Below are positions 38,800-50,549 of a stretch of DNA of 64,000 bases, one piece after another. The number at the start of each line of letters is the position of its first letter. The first letter of the stretch is position 1. The notes beneath the pieces are model-generated. The model searched no databases. It saw only the letters and a program-made list of their open reading frames with translations, and was not told where the DNA came from. Made by a program: the position numbers and the translations under genes. The DNA is from Mobula hypostoma (taxonomy: Eukaryota): NCBI RefSeq assembly GCF_963921235.1, contig NC_086108.1, positions 59,708,001 through 59,772,000 on the forward strand, written 5' to 3'.

Positions 38800-39032
38800 C
38801 AACACACACAAAATGCTGGAGGAACTCAGCAGGACAGGCAGCATCTATGAAAAAGAGTAAATAGTTAACGTTTCGGGCTGAGACCCTTCATCTTGGTCCG
38901 GTCCTGATGAAGGGTTTCAGCCAGAAATGTTGACTGTTTACCCTTTTCCATAGATGCCACTTGTCCAGCCGAGTTCCTCCAGCATTTTGTGTGTGTTGCC
39001 TTGGATTTCCAGCATTTGCAGATTTTCTCATG
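38800..39032. mobile_element. Penelope-like head-to-head inverted pseudo-LTR pair
   Basis: Arms of about 95 bp (38800-38892 and 38906-38999) are near reverse complements and meet at the hammerhead motif. Confidence 0.85.
38900..38935 (+). ncRNA. Minimal hammerhead ribozyme motif, partly degenerate
   Basis: GGTC CTGATGA A GGG-TTTCAG-CCA GAAA TG TT GACT. Confidence 0.6.
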
Positions 39033-42000
39033 TTAGCATGAAGAGAGCGCCTGGTTGTGAGGTCCTTGATGATGAATGCTGGTTCCCTATGACAGCACTC
39101 CATGTAGATGTGTTCAGTGGTGGGAAAGGGTTTACATGTGATGGACTGGGCATTGGTGTTTACATACCAGGCCATAATGCAACCAGTCAATATAATGTCT
39201 TCCACACATCTATAGAAGCTTATTGAAGTTTTAGATGTCATGTCAAATCAATGCAGACTTCTAAGAAAGTGGAGGTGTTGCTATGCTTTCTTTGTAATTG
39301 CACTTATGTGCTGGGCCCAGGACAGATCCTCTGAAATGATAACAACAAAAAGTTGCTGGACTTCTCAACTTCTGATTCCCGCAGTGAAGACAGGCTAATG
39401 GTCCTCTGGTTTCCTCCACCTGAAGTCAATAATCGTCTCCTTGGATGATTGAGTGAGAGATTGTTGTTGTGGCACCATTCAGCCAGATTTTCATCCTCCC
39501 TTCTCTCTGCTGGTGCATCATTACCTATGATTCGGCAAACAACAGTGGTGTTGTCAGTGAACTTAAACAAGGCATTGGAGCTGTGCTTAGCCTCATAGTC
39601 ATACAGGAAGTATAAAGTGAGTAGCACAAGGGGCAAAGCTGTAGTTAATAAAGAGCATTCTATGTCCAGATGTTCCAGGGTTGAGTGAAGGGCAAGTGAA
39701 ATGGCATCTGCTGTTGAACTGTTGTACCAGAAAACAACTAGTGGATTCAAATAACACCTCAGGCAGGAGCTGGTATGTTTCATCACCAATCTCTCAAGGC
39801 ACTTCGTCACAATGGATGTACGTGCTACTGACATTCTTCTTGGGTACCGGTATAATGGAAACTTGCTTGAAGCACTTGGGTACCTCAGACAGCCGAAGTG
39901 AGAGGTTAAAGATAACATTGAACACCCTGCCAGATGATTAGCACAAGCCTTTTGTACTCAACCAGATACCCTGTCCAGGCTGGATGCTTTCTGTGGGTTT
40001 GCCCTCATAAAGGATGCTCTCACGTTGGCCTCAGAGACTGAAATCACAGGGTATTGGGGAGCTGTGGAAGTTTGTGGAGGTTCCTCCATGTTTTGAGAGT
40101 TAAAGTGAGCATAGAAGGCATTGAGCTCATCAGGGAGTGAAGCCTTGTTATCACCGATGTCACTTGGTTTCACTGTGTAAGAGGCAATAGCCTACAAGCC
40201 CTGCCACAGCTGTCGAGCATCCTTCAATGGTTCAAGTTTGGTCCAGAATTGTCACTTCACACGTGAGGTGGCTTGCTGGAGATTGTACCTGGACCCGTTG
40301 TATCTCACTTGCTCACTGGACCTGGATGGCACTGATCTGGCCCTCAGCAGAGTGTGGGTCTCATGGTTCATCCAGAGTTCTAGTTAGGGAAGAATGAATA
40401 AATTTGTGGGGAGACACTGATCTATGACTGTTTTTATAAAGTCCATGACAACCGTGATGTGTTCATTCAGATCCTCAGATGAGTATTTGGACATGGCACA
40501 GTCCACTGACTCAATGCAATCCCATAATCGCTCCTCTGCCTCCACAGCCTCCTCTTTTTTGTCCTTATCTCTGGACTGTGTGCAGCTAGGAGAAGAACAG
40601 CCAAGTTATCAGATTTCCCAAAATGTAGCCCAGGCATGGAATGGTAGATATTCCTATTTCTAGTACAGCAGTGTCCGAGTGGGTTGGGACACATGGTGCT
40701 GCAGGTTATATGTTGAATATAAAGACCTGATTGTGTTCCCTGCCTATGATTTGAAATGCATTAGGGTGAGCTGTTTTTGTTTGGTGATGGCAGTGCTCAA
40801 TAACTCAAGAGCCTGATTCACGTCAGCTTTTGGCAACATTAAACTGCAATTAGGGTCATGGAGAAGAACTCGTTTGGTATGTCATTGGATGTTCCACATC
40901 AGGGAAAAAAGAATATGACAAAATTGCCACATCGAAACAACACAAAGAGCTTATCATGAAACACAGACCTCTCACCTTTTGCTTCCTTTAAATCAACATT
41001 TCTGTCCATCCTGTGTATCAAGAATCCTCTGGGTCTTACAAATGTACCTGGCATGTCCAGTGTGAGCTATATCTTTGAGAAGCAAAGATCACAGTAACCC
41101 GTCATTTCCCTCCAATATGGCAATCTTGACCTTAGGTCCTCAGTCTTGTTCTCCCACAACTGTACATTTGCTAAACAGATGCTGGGCAGAGGAACTTTCA
41201 TAGCTTGAAGTTTTCAGTCTGGCTTGGAGTCCTCCCTTTCTCCCCCTCTTCCAGCCCTGGTGATGTATCTTCATCAGTTTAAAGGTGTCATACCTACATG
41301 CTTCACAATTAATTCCCCCGAGCCCATCAGAAGATCGTGAAATCATTAAGACAGTTCAAAAGTCCGTTGCTTATAGGGAAATTACAGGCTGTTGATTACA
41401 GTGAGAGTAGGTCAAAAGAGGTACATTTATAAGTTTTGTAAGCAGCCCGCAACATGTTGCCATGGTTCATCACCACCACCTTTGCTGTTTTTCTTTCTTC
41501 ACCTCAGCCATTAGAATTCTGAATGGATGATGAAGCTATGGACACTACCTCACTTTGTTTTCTCTCTTTTTGCACTACATTTAATTTATATATATATTAT
41601 AATTTAGAGTGTTTTTTTATTATTATGATTTCCAACGTCTTGCTGCCACAAAACAATAAATTTCGTGACATATGTATGCCAGAGATATTAAACCTGATTC
41701 TGATTCCAATTGCATATTGGAAGAGCAATTAAGTACAAAAATACATCAGTCAAATAAGGTATTAGTGAGGCCGTATCCGATGCTCTATATTAGTCTCTAT
41801 TTTTAAGAAATGTAAAAGGATGTAGGTGCATTGGAAGCAATGCAAAGAAGGCTTATTTGTTTAATTCCTGGAATACTCGGGTTGTCTTATGAGGAAAGAT
41901 TCAATAAGAGTAGGCATGTATTTTCTGGGGTTTAAAAGAGCAAGAGAGAACTTGATTGAAACTTAAACTTCTGAGGGGCTTGACAGTATAGGTGTGGATG

Positions 42001-42139
42001 TTTCATTTTGTGAGAAAAAAACTAGAACTATGGATCATTGTTTAAAAATAAGGAGTTTCCCATTTATTACAGAAATTAGGTGACATTTCTACTCTCAGAG
42101 GACTGAGTGTCTAGAAATCTCTGCTTTAAAGATATTCAA

Positions 42140-42615
42140 AGACCCTGTTTCCACCATTTATTGAAATCGTATCACCATTAAGACAATATATTTCATTTTA
42201 TATTTTCCTATCAAAAATGGATAATTCCATGTTTTTCCACTTTATACTCCTTGCCAAATCTTAGCCCAGTCTCTTAGCCTTAGTACCTTTTAGTTCCTTC
42301 AATTCCTTCTCATAACCTACCTACTTATTTATATTTGCAACATCGGAACATTTAGCAATTATGTCATTGTGCCTTCATCAAAGTCATTAATATAAATTGC
42401 AAAAGGTTGATGATGCAGCAGTGATCTCTGTGGCACACCACATGTTACATCTGGCCAACCAGATCAAGAAAAATATTCCTACTCTCTGTTTCCTGTTAGT
42501 CAGCTGATTGTCAATCTGCCAATATGCTACCTCCTGCGTATATCATGAAATGTTTCTGCAGTAACTTTTGATATGGCACCTTATCAAATGCCTTCTTGGA
42601 ATCCACAGTGCATGT
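42140..42615 (-). mobile_element. Decayed CR1 RT fragment
   Basis: DSKKAFDKVPYQKLL in ORF 42511-42708, with downstream GVPQ...INDFDEG-like sequence. Confidence 0.7.
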
Positions 42616-42842
42616 TTCTTCATTGTTAGTCTGTAATTTTACACCTCTAACAGTGATACTGTAGACTTGAGCTTTTTTACCTCCTCCAGTGCTTCCACTT
42701 GATGGCATTTTTCATTACTGAGTTCTCTTTGCTCCTGCTTTTAATGCTACTGTCAAGGAATGAGAAAATATGCTATCTGGCTAGAAACAATGTCTTGGAA
42801 TGTGCTGCTTTACACAAGCTCATAAGGATATTTTCTAAGAAA

Positions 42843-42952
42843 TGAAATCCAGAGCAACACACAAAAAATGCTGGAGGATCTAAGCAGGTCAGGCAGCATC
42901 TATGAGAGGAATAAATAGATGACATTTCGGGCTGAGAAGCTTCATCAGGATT
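42843..42952 (-). mobile_element. Penelope-like pseudo-LTR fragment with degenerate hammerhead
   Basis: Minus strand reads CTGATGA AGCTTCTCAGCCC GAAA TGTC; family terminal sequence ACACACAAAAAATGCTGGAGG. Confidence 0.7.
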
Positions 42953-42995
42953 CCTTCTGCAAAAATGTGCACCTTGTTGAATTGCCTTCACTTAC

Positions 42996-43115
42996 CTTTG
43001 AAGTTACGACATAAATGTTGAATCGCTGTGGTATGTTGTGTCAAATCCTGAGATGCCGGACAGTAATCTTTACTGTTTATGATCTTTATGGATGCAGAGG
43101 TGCCACAATGGTAAA
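42996..43115 (-). CDS. Candidate internal exon of an unidentified host gene (120 nt, phase 1-1)
   Basis: Acceptor GATGTTTTAG and donor AAG|GTAAGT; a single open frame YHCGTSASIKIINSKDYCPASQDLTQHTTAIQHLCRNFK; non-repetitive context. No homology recognised. Confidence 0.35.
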
Positions 43116-43274
43116 CTAAAACATCAGAATGTTACTCAGTCAATTATAGAAATTAGAAAATTAGATAGAAAAAAGAAATGAATTTCCATGCACAAGGTGC
43201 ATATTATTTCAGAAATAATCCTCGTGTTAAACCACCTCTTAAGGGTAGAGGTTTGGCTCGTGGTGATGGTTTGG

Positions 43275-43582
43275 GAGTTACACTGGTGTAACTGGTAGAC
43301 CTGTTGTCTCATAGCTCCTCTGATATAGCTGCAACCCTGACCTCCAACACTGCGTGGAGTTTGCATGTTCTCCCCTGTGACCGTGTGGGTTTTCTTTGAG
43401 TGCCTCAGTTTCCTCCCACATCTCAACACATGCAAGCTTTTAGGTTAATTAGCTGCTGTAAATTGCTCTAGCATGCTGATAAGTGGCAGAATCAGGAGGG
43501 AATAAATGGGAGTCCTGTAAGATATCTGTAAAAAGGTGACTGAGCCAAATGATCTGTTTCTATGCTATATACTCTCTCTATG
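43275..43582 (+). mobile_element. HE1-like V-SINE
   Basis: GTGGAGTTTGCATGTTCTCCCC...TTTCCTCCCACAT...GTTAATT...TGTAAATTG and CR1-type tail CTGTTTCTATGCT. Confidence 0.8.
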
Positions 43583-43972
43583 TCTGCTACTGATGAAACA
43601 ATAAGTGCTATATGTTCAAAGATACGTGATTTGAAATTCCAGGAATCATTTGTAACAGTGGTCTAGATCTCAACTTAATATCTTAACCAAGTCCTTTCCC
43701 CGGAATGGTTTTTACATAGAAGTGCATCACTGAGTAAATAAAAGAATTGCAGGAAAAGAACCCTGTCCTCGGAGCACGCACGAAATGTGTAATATATCAG
43801 CTGCTTCATATTTCTGAGCATACTTCTGAAATAAGAAAATACGGACATAAGTGAATTTTGGAAATAAAATACAATTTTCCTATATTGCACATTTAGCACA
43901 CGTGGAATCAGAGTTAGATTGTCTTATTTGTGACTTGGGCCATCTTACCTGCTTCTATACTGTTAACCTGAA

Positions 43973-44238
43973 TATAAATACAGACGGGAAATCCTGAGCA
44001 ACACACACAAAATGCTTAAGAAACTCAGCAAGTCGGGCATTATCTATGAAGAGGAATACCTTACCCCACCCTCCTACCTTTCCCCTCACCTGGTCTCACC
44101 TACTACCTACCAACTTGTACTACATCCCTTTTCTTAGCATCATATTTTGGATTCTGCCTCCTTCACTTCCAGTCCTGATGAAAGGCTTCGGCCCAAAACA
44201 TGAACCTTGGCTTGCTGTTTGTCCAGCATTTTTCGTGG
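43973..44238. mobile_element. Penelope-like inverted fragment
   Basis: 11-bp TSD GTTAACCTGAA (43962-43972, 44239-44249); degenerate hammerhead AGTCCTGATGAAAGGCTTCGGCCCAAAAC at 44171. Confidence 0.8.
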
Positions 44239-44349
44239 GTTAACCTGAACAGTTTTATTAGAGTGTCAGATGGAAGCCTGCCAGCAAGTGTTGCAGATTT
44301 GGCTCTAGCCTATCACTGGAACCCCTATACTTATTTTCATTTGCTTTAG

Positions 44350-45348
44350 TGAAACCGTTTGTTGTAGCAGTTAGTGTAATGCTTTACAGTTCCGGTGATC
44401 GGATGATTCGGGTTCAATTCCCACCTCTACCTGTAAGGTATTTATGCATTCTCCCCTCGACCATGTAAATTTTCTTCAAGTGCTCTGGTTTCCTCCTTTA
44501 TTCCAAAGCCATTCAGTTAGGGTTAGTAAGTTGTGGGCCTGCTATGTTGGCGCCAGAAGCACGTGATATTTGTGGGCTACCCATATCACTTCCTTGGGTT
44601 GTGTTGGTCGTTGACACAAACAACACAATTCATTGTATGGTTTACCCAACTGAGCACTGAACTGACTCTGCAGCTATTAGCACTTGCCTCAGCACTGAAC
44701 CTGGCTCTGGCTGTGGCCTGCAGCCATCAGCCCTCACCTCAGCACTGAGCCTAGCTCTGGCTGTGGCCTGCAGCCATCAGCCCTCACCTCAGCACTGAGC
44801 CTGGCTCTGGCTGTGGCCTGCAGCCATCAGCCCTCACCTCAGCACTAAGCCTGGCTCTGGCTGTGGCCTGCAGCCATCAGCCCTCACCTCAGCACTGAAC
44901 CTGGCTCTGTGGCCTGCAGCCATCAGCCCTCACCTCAACACTGAGCCTGGCTCTGGCTGTGGCCTGCAGCCATCAGCACTCGCCTCAGCACTGAACCTGG
45001 CTCTGGCTGTGGCCTGCAGCCATCAGCCCTCACCTCAGCACTGAACCTGGCTCTGGCTGTGGCCTGCAGCCATCAGGCTCCTGGACCGGCTGCAGCACTG
45101 AAAAGGGGCTACATGGCGGAGGACTTACCTTTAGGGACTCTGCATTTCATGTTTTGTGGGTTATTTGTTTGCTTTTTAATTGCTTGCACAATTTGTTCTT
45201 TCTTTTTCGCACATTGGATGTTTGACTGTCTTTGTGGTATGGGTTTTTTGTGAATTCTTATAATAAATATACTTTGAACTTTGAACTTTCATTTTGTTGC
45301 TTCTATGTAGATGTGACAAAAAAGCTAATCTTTAATCTTTAATCTTCT
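44350..45348 (+). mobile_element. V-SINE-like element interrupted (about 44644-45290) by a second retroposon carrying a minisatellite
   Basis: B-box GGTTCAATTCC, V-domain-like TTCTCCCC...GGTTTCCTCC, tail (AATCTTT)n at about 45326-45346. The inner element ends AATAAA...(TTTGAAC)n. Confidence 0.65.
44690..45076. repeat. 50-bp tandem minisatellite, about 7.7 copies
   Basis: Unit CAGCACTGAGCCTGGCTCTGGCTGTGGCCTGCAGCCATCAGCCCTCACCT; one unit is 46 bp; no spacers. Confidence 0.95.
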
Positions 45349-46075
45349 TCATCGGTGCTAGCAAAGAGAGAAAAGAAAGAATTGATTAGATTTGATTTCC
45401 AATTTGCATTGAGTTAACTAGCCTTGATTAGGCCAGCATTTGAAACGCTTTTATTGGCTTCTCATTCCTCAGGATGTGAAGGAATAATTACCCAGTATTT
45501 TTCCCCTCTGATTTTTATCTATAGATCCTTGCTAGAAAATGTAAGGGAGTACTTTAACCCTCATCAATATTTGGGAAAAAAACATAGAGTAGTAAAACAA
45601 CAGCAAGTTTTACATCTTTCCAATAATTGTCCTATTTTCTCTCAGCAATAAAAATTAAAACAAACTCTCAGATGTCAGGTGAAACAAGATGAGTTCTGAT
45701 TCTTTTATTGTTTAAAATTTCTTTGCACAAGGTGTATGGTGTTGCCCTTGCTAAATGATTGCATGTCTAATCAAGAGTCTTGAACTAACAATCACAGAGT
45801 TGTAAACTCTGATCACATCAAAGCTGCTATGGAAATTGAACTCAGTCAATTAAATAATCTGGAATTAAAAAAAATAAACTAGTCTGAGTGAAGGTGATCA
45901 AGAAAATGCTAAACTGAATCAAAACCCTATCTCAATCACTATCCCTGAGGGCTGTAATCTGGTATTCTTACCTAGTCAGGCTAATATGCAACTTCAGTCA
46001 CACATCAGTTTGTTTCACACGTCAGCTGAGCAACAGCCTAACAGCATCATATCTCACAGATAACATTGCCAGTAT

Positions 46076-47910
46076 TAGAAACATAGAAACATAGAAAATA
46101 GGTGCAGGAGTAGGCCATTCGGCCCTTCGAACCTGCACCGCCATTTATTATGATCATGGCTGATCATCCAACTCAGAACCCAGCCTTCCCTCCATACCCC
46201 CTGACCCCTGTAGCCACAAGGGCCATATCTAACTTCCTTTTAAACATAGCTAATGAACTGGCCTCAACAGTTTGCTGTGGCAGAGAATTCCACAGATTCA
46301 CCACTCTCTGTGTGAAGAAGTTTTTCCTAACCTCAGTCCTAAAAGGCTTCCCCTCTATCCTCAAACTGTGACCCCTCGTTCTAGACCTCCCCAACATCGG
46401 GAACAATCTTCCCGCATCTAGCCTGTCCAATCCTTTTAGGATCTTATACGTTTCAATCAGATCCCCCCTCAATCTTCTAAATTCCAACGAGTACAAGCCC
46501 AGTTCATCCAGTCTTTCTTCATATGAAAGACCTGCCATCCCAGGAATCAATCTGGTGAACCTTCTTTGTACTCCCTCTATGGCAAAGATGTCTTTCCTCA
46601 GATTAGGGGACCAAAACTGCACACAATACTCCAGGTGTGGTCTCACCAAGGCCTTGTACAACTGCAGTAGTACCTCCCTGCTCCTGTACTCGAATCCTCT
46701 CGCTATAAATGCCAGCATACCGTTCGCCTTTTTCACCGCCTGCTGTACCTGCATGCCCACTTTCAATGACTGGTGTATAATGACACCCAGGTCTCGTTGC
46801 ACCTCCCCTTTTCCTAATCGGCCACCATTCAGATAATAATCTGTTTTCCTATTTTTGCCACCAAAGTGGATAACTTCACATTTATCCACATTAAATTGCA
46901 TCTGCCATGAGTTTGCCCACTCACCCAACCTATCCAAGTCACCCTGCATCCTCTTAGCATCCTCCTCACTGCTAACACTGCCACCCAGCTTCGTGTCATC
47001 CGCAAACTTGGAGATGCTGCATTTAATTCCCTCATCCAAGTCATTAATATATATTGTAAACAACTGGGGTCCCAGCACTGAGCCTTGCGGTACCCCACTA
47101 GTCACCGCCTGCCATTCTGAAAAGGTCCCGTTTATTCCCACTCTTTGCTTCCTGTCTGCTAACCAATTCTCCACCCACACCAATACCTTACCCCCAATAC
47201 CGTGTGCTTTAAGTTTGCACACTAATCTCCTGTGTGGGACCTTGTCAAAAGCCTTTTGAAAATCCAAATATACCACATCCACTGGTTCTCCCCTATCCAC
47301 TCTACTAGTTACATCCTCAAAAAATTCTATGAGATTCGTCAGACATGATTTTCCTTTCACAAATCCATGCTGACTTTGTCAAATCATTTCACCGCTTTCC
47401 AAATGTGCTGTTATCACATCCTTGATAACTGACTCCAGCAGTTTCCCCACCACCGACGTTAGGCTAACCGGCCTATAATTCCCCGGTTTCTCTCTCCCTC
47501 CTTTTTTAAAAAGTGGGGTTACATTAGCCACCCTCCAATCCTCAGGAACTAGTCCAGAATCTAACGAGTTTTGAAAAATTATCACTAATGCATCCACTAT
47601 TTCTTGGGCCACTTCCTTAAGCACTCTGGGATGCAGACCATCTGGCCCTGGGGATTTATCTGCCTTCAATCCCTTCAATTTACCCAACACCACTTCCCTA
47701 CTAACATGTATTTCGCTCAGTTCCTCCATCTCACTGGACCCTCTGTCCCTTACTATTTCTGGAAGATTATTTATGTCCTCCTTAGTGAAGACAGAACCAA
47801 AGTAATTATTCAATTGGTCTGCCATGCCCTTGCTCCCCATAATCAATTCACCTGTTTCTGTTTGCAGGGGACCTACATTTGTCTTTATCAGTCTTTTCCT
47901 TTTTACATAT
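46076..47910 (-). mobile_element. Young 5'-truncated CR1 LINE, copy 1
   Basis: ORF2 47846 to 46173 with one in-frame TGA (47379-47381); YLDFQKAFDKV, GVPQGSVLGP, KFADD; (TTTCTATG)n tail. Confidence 0.96.
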
Positions 47911-48299
47911 TCTGGTGTATATAGCTGGAAGTAAAGTCCTCGTTAATGACTTCAGACTCCATGAAGTTTCATGGCACCAATGCAAGTAGAGGTAACAAAA
48001 ACATCTGTTGATTGTCATCTCCCTCACCTGATGAATCAGTATTGAATACCAAAACTTGGAGAAGAGCTGAACATATCAAACGCACGGAATGTATCCTGCA
48101 TCACTGACAGTGCTGTTTAAGATCTCATGGTCATAGTCTCCATTTTACAGTGAGTTAACCAAAAATGCTCCTCGATGCCATGATCACCAGCATATCTGTA
48201 ACCGATGCATCTATTGACAACAGCGCTGGAAGCAAAGACAAAGTCTCATCTTCACATTCTTCACATTAAGGATGCAATCTTTCATGTACAATACTATAT

Positions 48300-48890
48300 T
48301 TGTCAACGTAGAGCGTTGAGTGAGTCTGTAAATCTGGCGGGAGCAAAGGATGTTAGGAGTGGCGAATGTGGAGCAGGTTGGGACAAGTACCAGGGGAAGA
48401 GTGAAGAGTGCCAGGGCGGTGGGGGGGGGAGGGGGAGAAAGAGTGAAGAGTGCCAGGGCGGTGGGGGGGGGAGAGGAAGAGTGAAGAGTGCCAGGGCGGT
48501 GGGGGGGAGAGGAAGAGTGAAGAGTGCCAGGGCGGTGGGGGGGAGGGGGAGGAAGAGTGAAGAGTGCCAGGGCGGTGGGGGGGAGGGAGAGGAAGAGTGA
48601 AGAGTGCCGGAGTGGTGGTGGGTGGAGGGGTGGCACAGGTGCAGGCACACCCAGCCCGAGACACCAGGGGCAAGGTCACTTCATTCCAAACATTTGGTTT
48701 ATTGATCATTACAGTATGTCTCCCAGGTGCTTCCTGCCTCCTTCCCACTCCTAGTCCACAATAGAGTCCCATATCAGAATTATGTTTATCTTCACTTATT
48801 TATGTCATGAAATTTTTTTTTGTAGCAGCAGTACAATGCAATGCTTAAAATTACTACAGTACTGTACAAAAGTCTTAGGCAGCCTAGCAA
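48300..48890 (+). repeat. Dispersed repeat of the same family as 19562-19760
   Basis: Shared sequence block; Tc1-like CAGTACTGTACAAAAGTCTTAGGC at about 48857. Confidence 0.5.
48393..48610. repeat. G-rich minisatellite, 6 copies of about 36-43 bp
   Basis: GAAGAGTGAAGAGTGCCAGGGCGGT followed by variable G runs. Confidence 0.92.
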
Positions 48891-48926
48891 TATATATATG
48901 TATATAGTGTGTGTGTGTGTGTGTGT
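48890..48926. repeat. (TA)n/(TG)n microsatellite
   Basis: Directly visible. Confidence 0.9.
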
Positions 48927-49046
48927 CAGGCTGGGGCGGGGTTCTGAGTTGGATGATCAGCCATGATCATAATAAATGGTGGTGCAGGCTCGAAGGGCCG
49001 AATGGCCTACTCCTGCACCTATTTTCTATGTTTCTATGTTTCTATG
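48926..49046 (+). mobile_element. About 120-bp 3' tail of the young CR1 family
   Basis: Near reverse complement of 51263-51370; ends (TTTCTATG)x3. Confidence 0.9.
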
Positions 49047-50549
49047 ACATAGATTGGCAGATCAAAACAGGGCAAACATGAGGTACAGTAACCCACCACC
49101 CTACTCTTACCCTTAGCAAAGCACGTCCCATATTGTGTCAATGGGGGATCGACTGTGGTTCAATAGCGAGTGCAGAAATGACGTGCCAATTTGGTGAAGA
49201 TGCAACAAAGAACTGCAGCTGTACTGAAGGCTGCAAAACAACTAACAATAGACGGAGCTAAGCGAGTCCAAAAACAAAACCCAAATCAAATCTCTTCTAT
49301 CTTAAGGAGACTAGTCATGAATTATGGTGAGTAATTAGAATCTAATGAGCAGAGGAGTCTCCAAGAAGCATCCCCATCCATAGTGATGGCAGGAACTAGC
49401 ACGTGAACCACAAAGATAAGGCTGAAGCAATTATAATTTTGTCCTGGAAAGACACTCCCACAGATGATCCATCCTGACTTTCTCCAGAGATAGCCATCAT
49501 CACATAATATTCAGGCATGGACTGGTAAGTGAAAATTACCATTTGAGCCACAGAAGTGCCACTTAATGACCATTTTTATCAATGTCTGCCTTGACGTTTG
49601 AAATCATTTGGATCATCTAAAGCCCAATTAATATCCTACGCATCAAGGTTGTTCAGAAATTAAACTTGGCTGGCCACAGAAATACTGTGGTTTAAAAGAA
49701 ACACAGTGACACAGCTGTAAACACTCCTGAAATTTTTCATCAGGCAGAAGGACGAGCTACTACCCAGTGGCTCTGACACCAATCATCATGAAGTGCTTTT
49801 AATGGCTGGTAATGGCACACATCAAAAACTCCAATCCTCTCACATTGGGCACTCACCAGTATGATTTCCAACAGAACCGCTCTGCGACATATGCCATAGC
49901 ATCTGGCCCTGACGCACCTAGAAAACAAGGGCATTTATGCCAGAATGCTGTTTCTGGATCTCATCCAACACTGTTGTCCCCACAGACCTTGGTGAACGAA
50001 CTCCTACCCCTCGGTCTAAATACAATCCTGTGCAACTGGGTGTTGGGCTTCCTAACCAACGGACCTCAGATAGTCAGGATGCACAACCTTTCCTCCCTCC
50101 CCATCACGCTCAATGCAAGTGCCCATCTGGCCTGTGTGCTGAGCTCATTGCTGTACACTCTGCTCACACACAACTGCATGGCCAAATACCCGAGTAATCA
50201 CATTGTCAAATTCGCCGACAACATGACGATGGCAAGGCTCATCACCAACAATGCAGAGACAGCCTACAGAGAGGAGGTGGAAGAGCTCGAGGACAGGTAC
50301 CAAGTAAATAACCTCTTCCTCAGTGTCAATAAGACAAAGGAGATGATTATTGAGTTCAGGAGACCATGGACCACTCACACCCCTCTTTACATCAATGGCA
50401 TAGCAGCAGAAACTGCAAGCAGATCAAACTCCAAGGAGTAAACATCTCTCACGACCCCTCATGGTCCCAGAATACAATCAGGAAAGCTCACCAACACCTT
50501 TACTTTGTGTGGAGATTGAAGAGAACTCAACAATGCACATCTATACTCA

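Larger units (their letters stand above)
38385..41480 (-). mobile_element. Long decayed Rex1/Babar LINE
   Basis: ASLPDELNAFYAHF, TKCLERLVMKH...STADAISLALH...KFTDNTT; endonuclease remnants to about 41200; (TTGAAACC)n-like tail. Confidence 0.85.
34370..41706 (+). mobile_element. Rex1/Babar LINE (+) split by three nested insertions
   Basis: Colinear pieces LWQGL...PDEL, LNDSQPVAL, KFANDRT...SKTKELIVNFR...FKFLGAN|ILEDL, IIKDPHHPGHSLFSLLPS; 3' tail (TTCTGA)n at about 41694-41706. Confidence 0.8.
32640..42130 (+). mobile_element. Old CR1 (+) broken into pieces (32640-33164, 33443-33475, 34283-34365, about 41720-42130) by nested insertions
   Basis: FKKG.RQK.G...PV.LTS, YLDFQ, CEVIHF|...YY..GEKLQSSEV, and LVRP...KDVGALEAMQRR...GLSYEER occur in colinear order. 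Confidence 0.7.

Noticed and set aside
44690..45076. CRISPR-like array
   Set aside because: Units are contiguous with no unique spacers, no cas genes are present, and the context is vertebrate.
48205..48772. Several overlapping repetitive ORFs
   Set aside because: By-product of the G-rich minisatellite.
49090..49700. Very old LINE remnant (WFNSECR, DKAEA, DDPS motifs)
   Set aside because: Too decayed to delimit or classify by eye.
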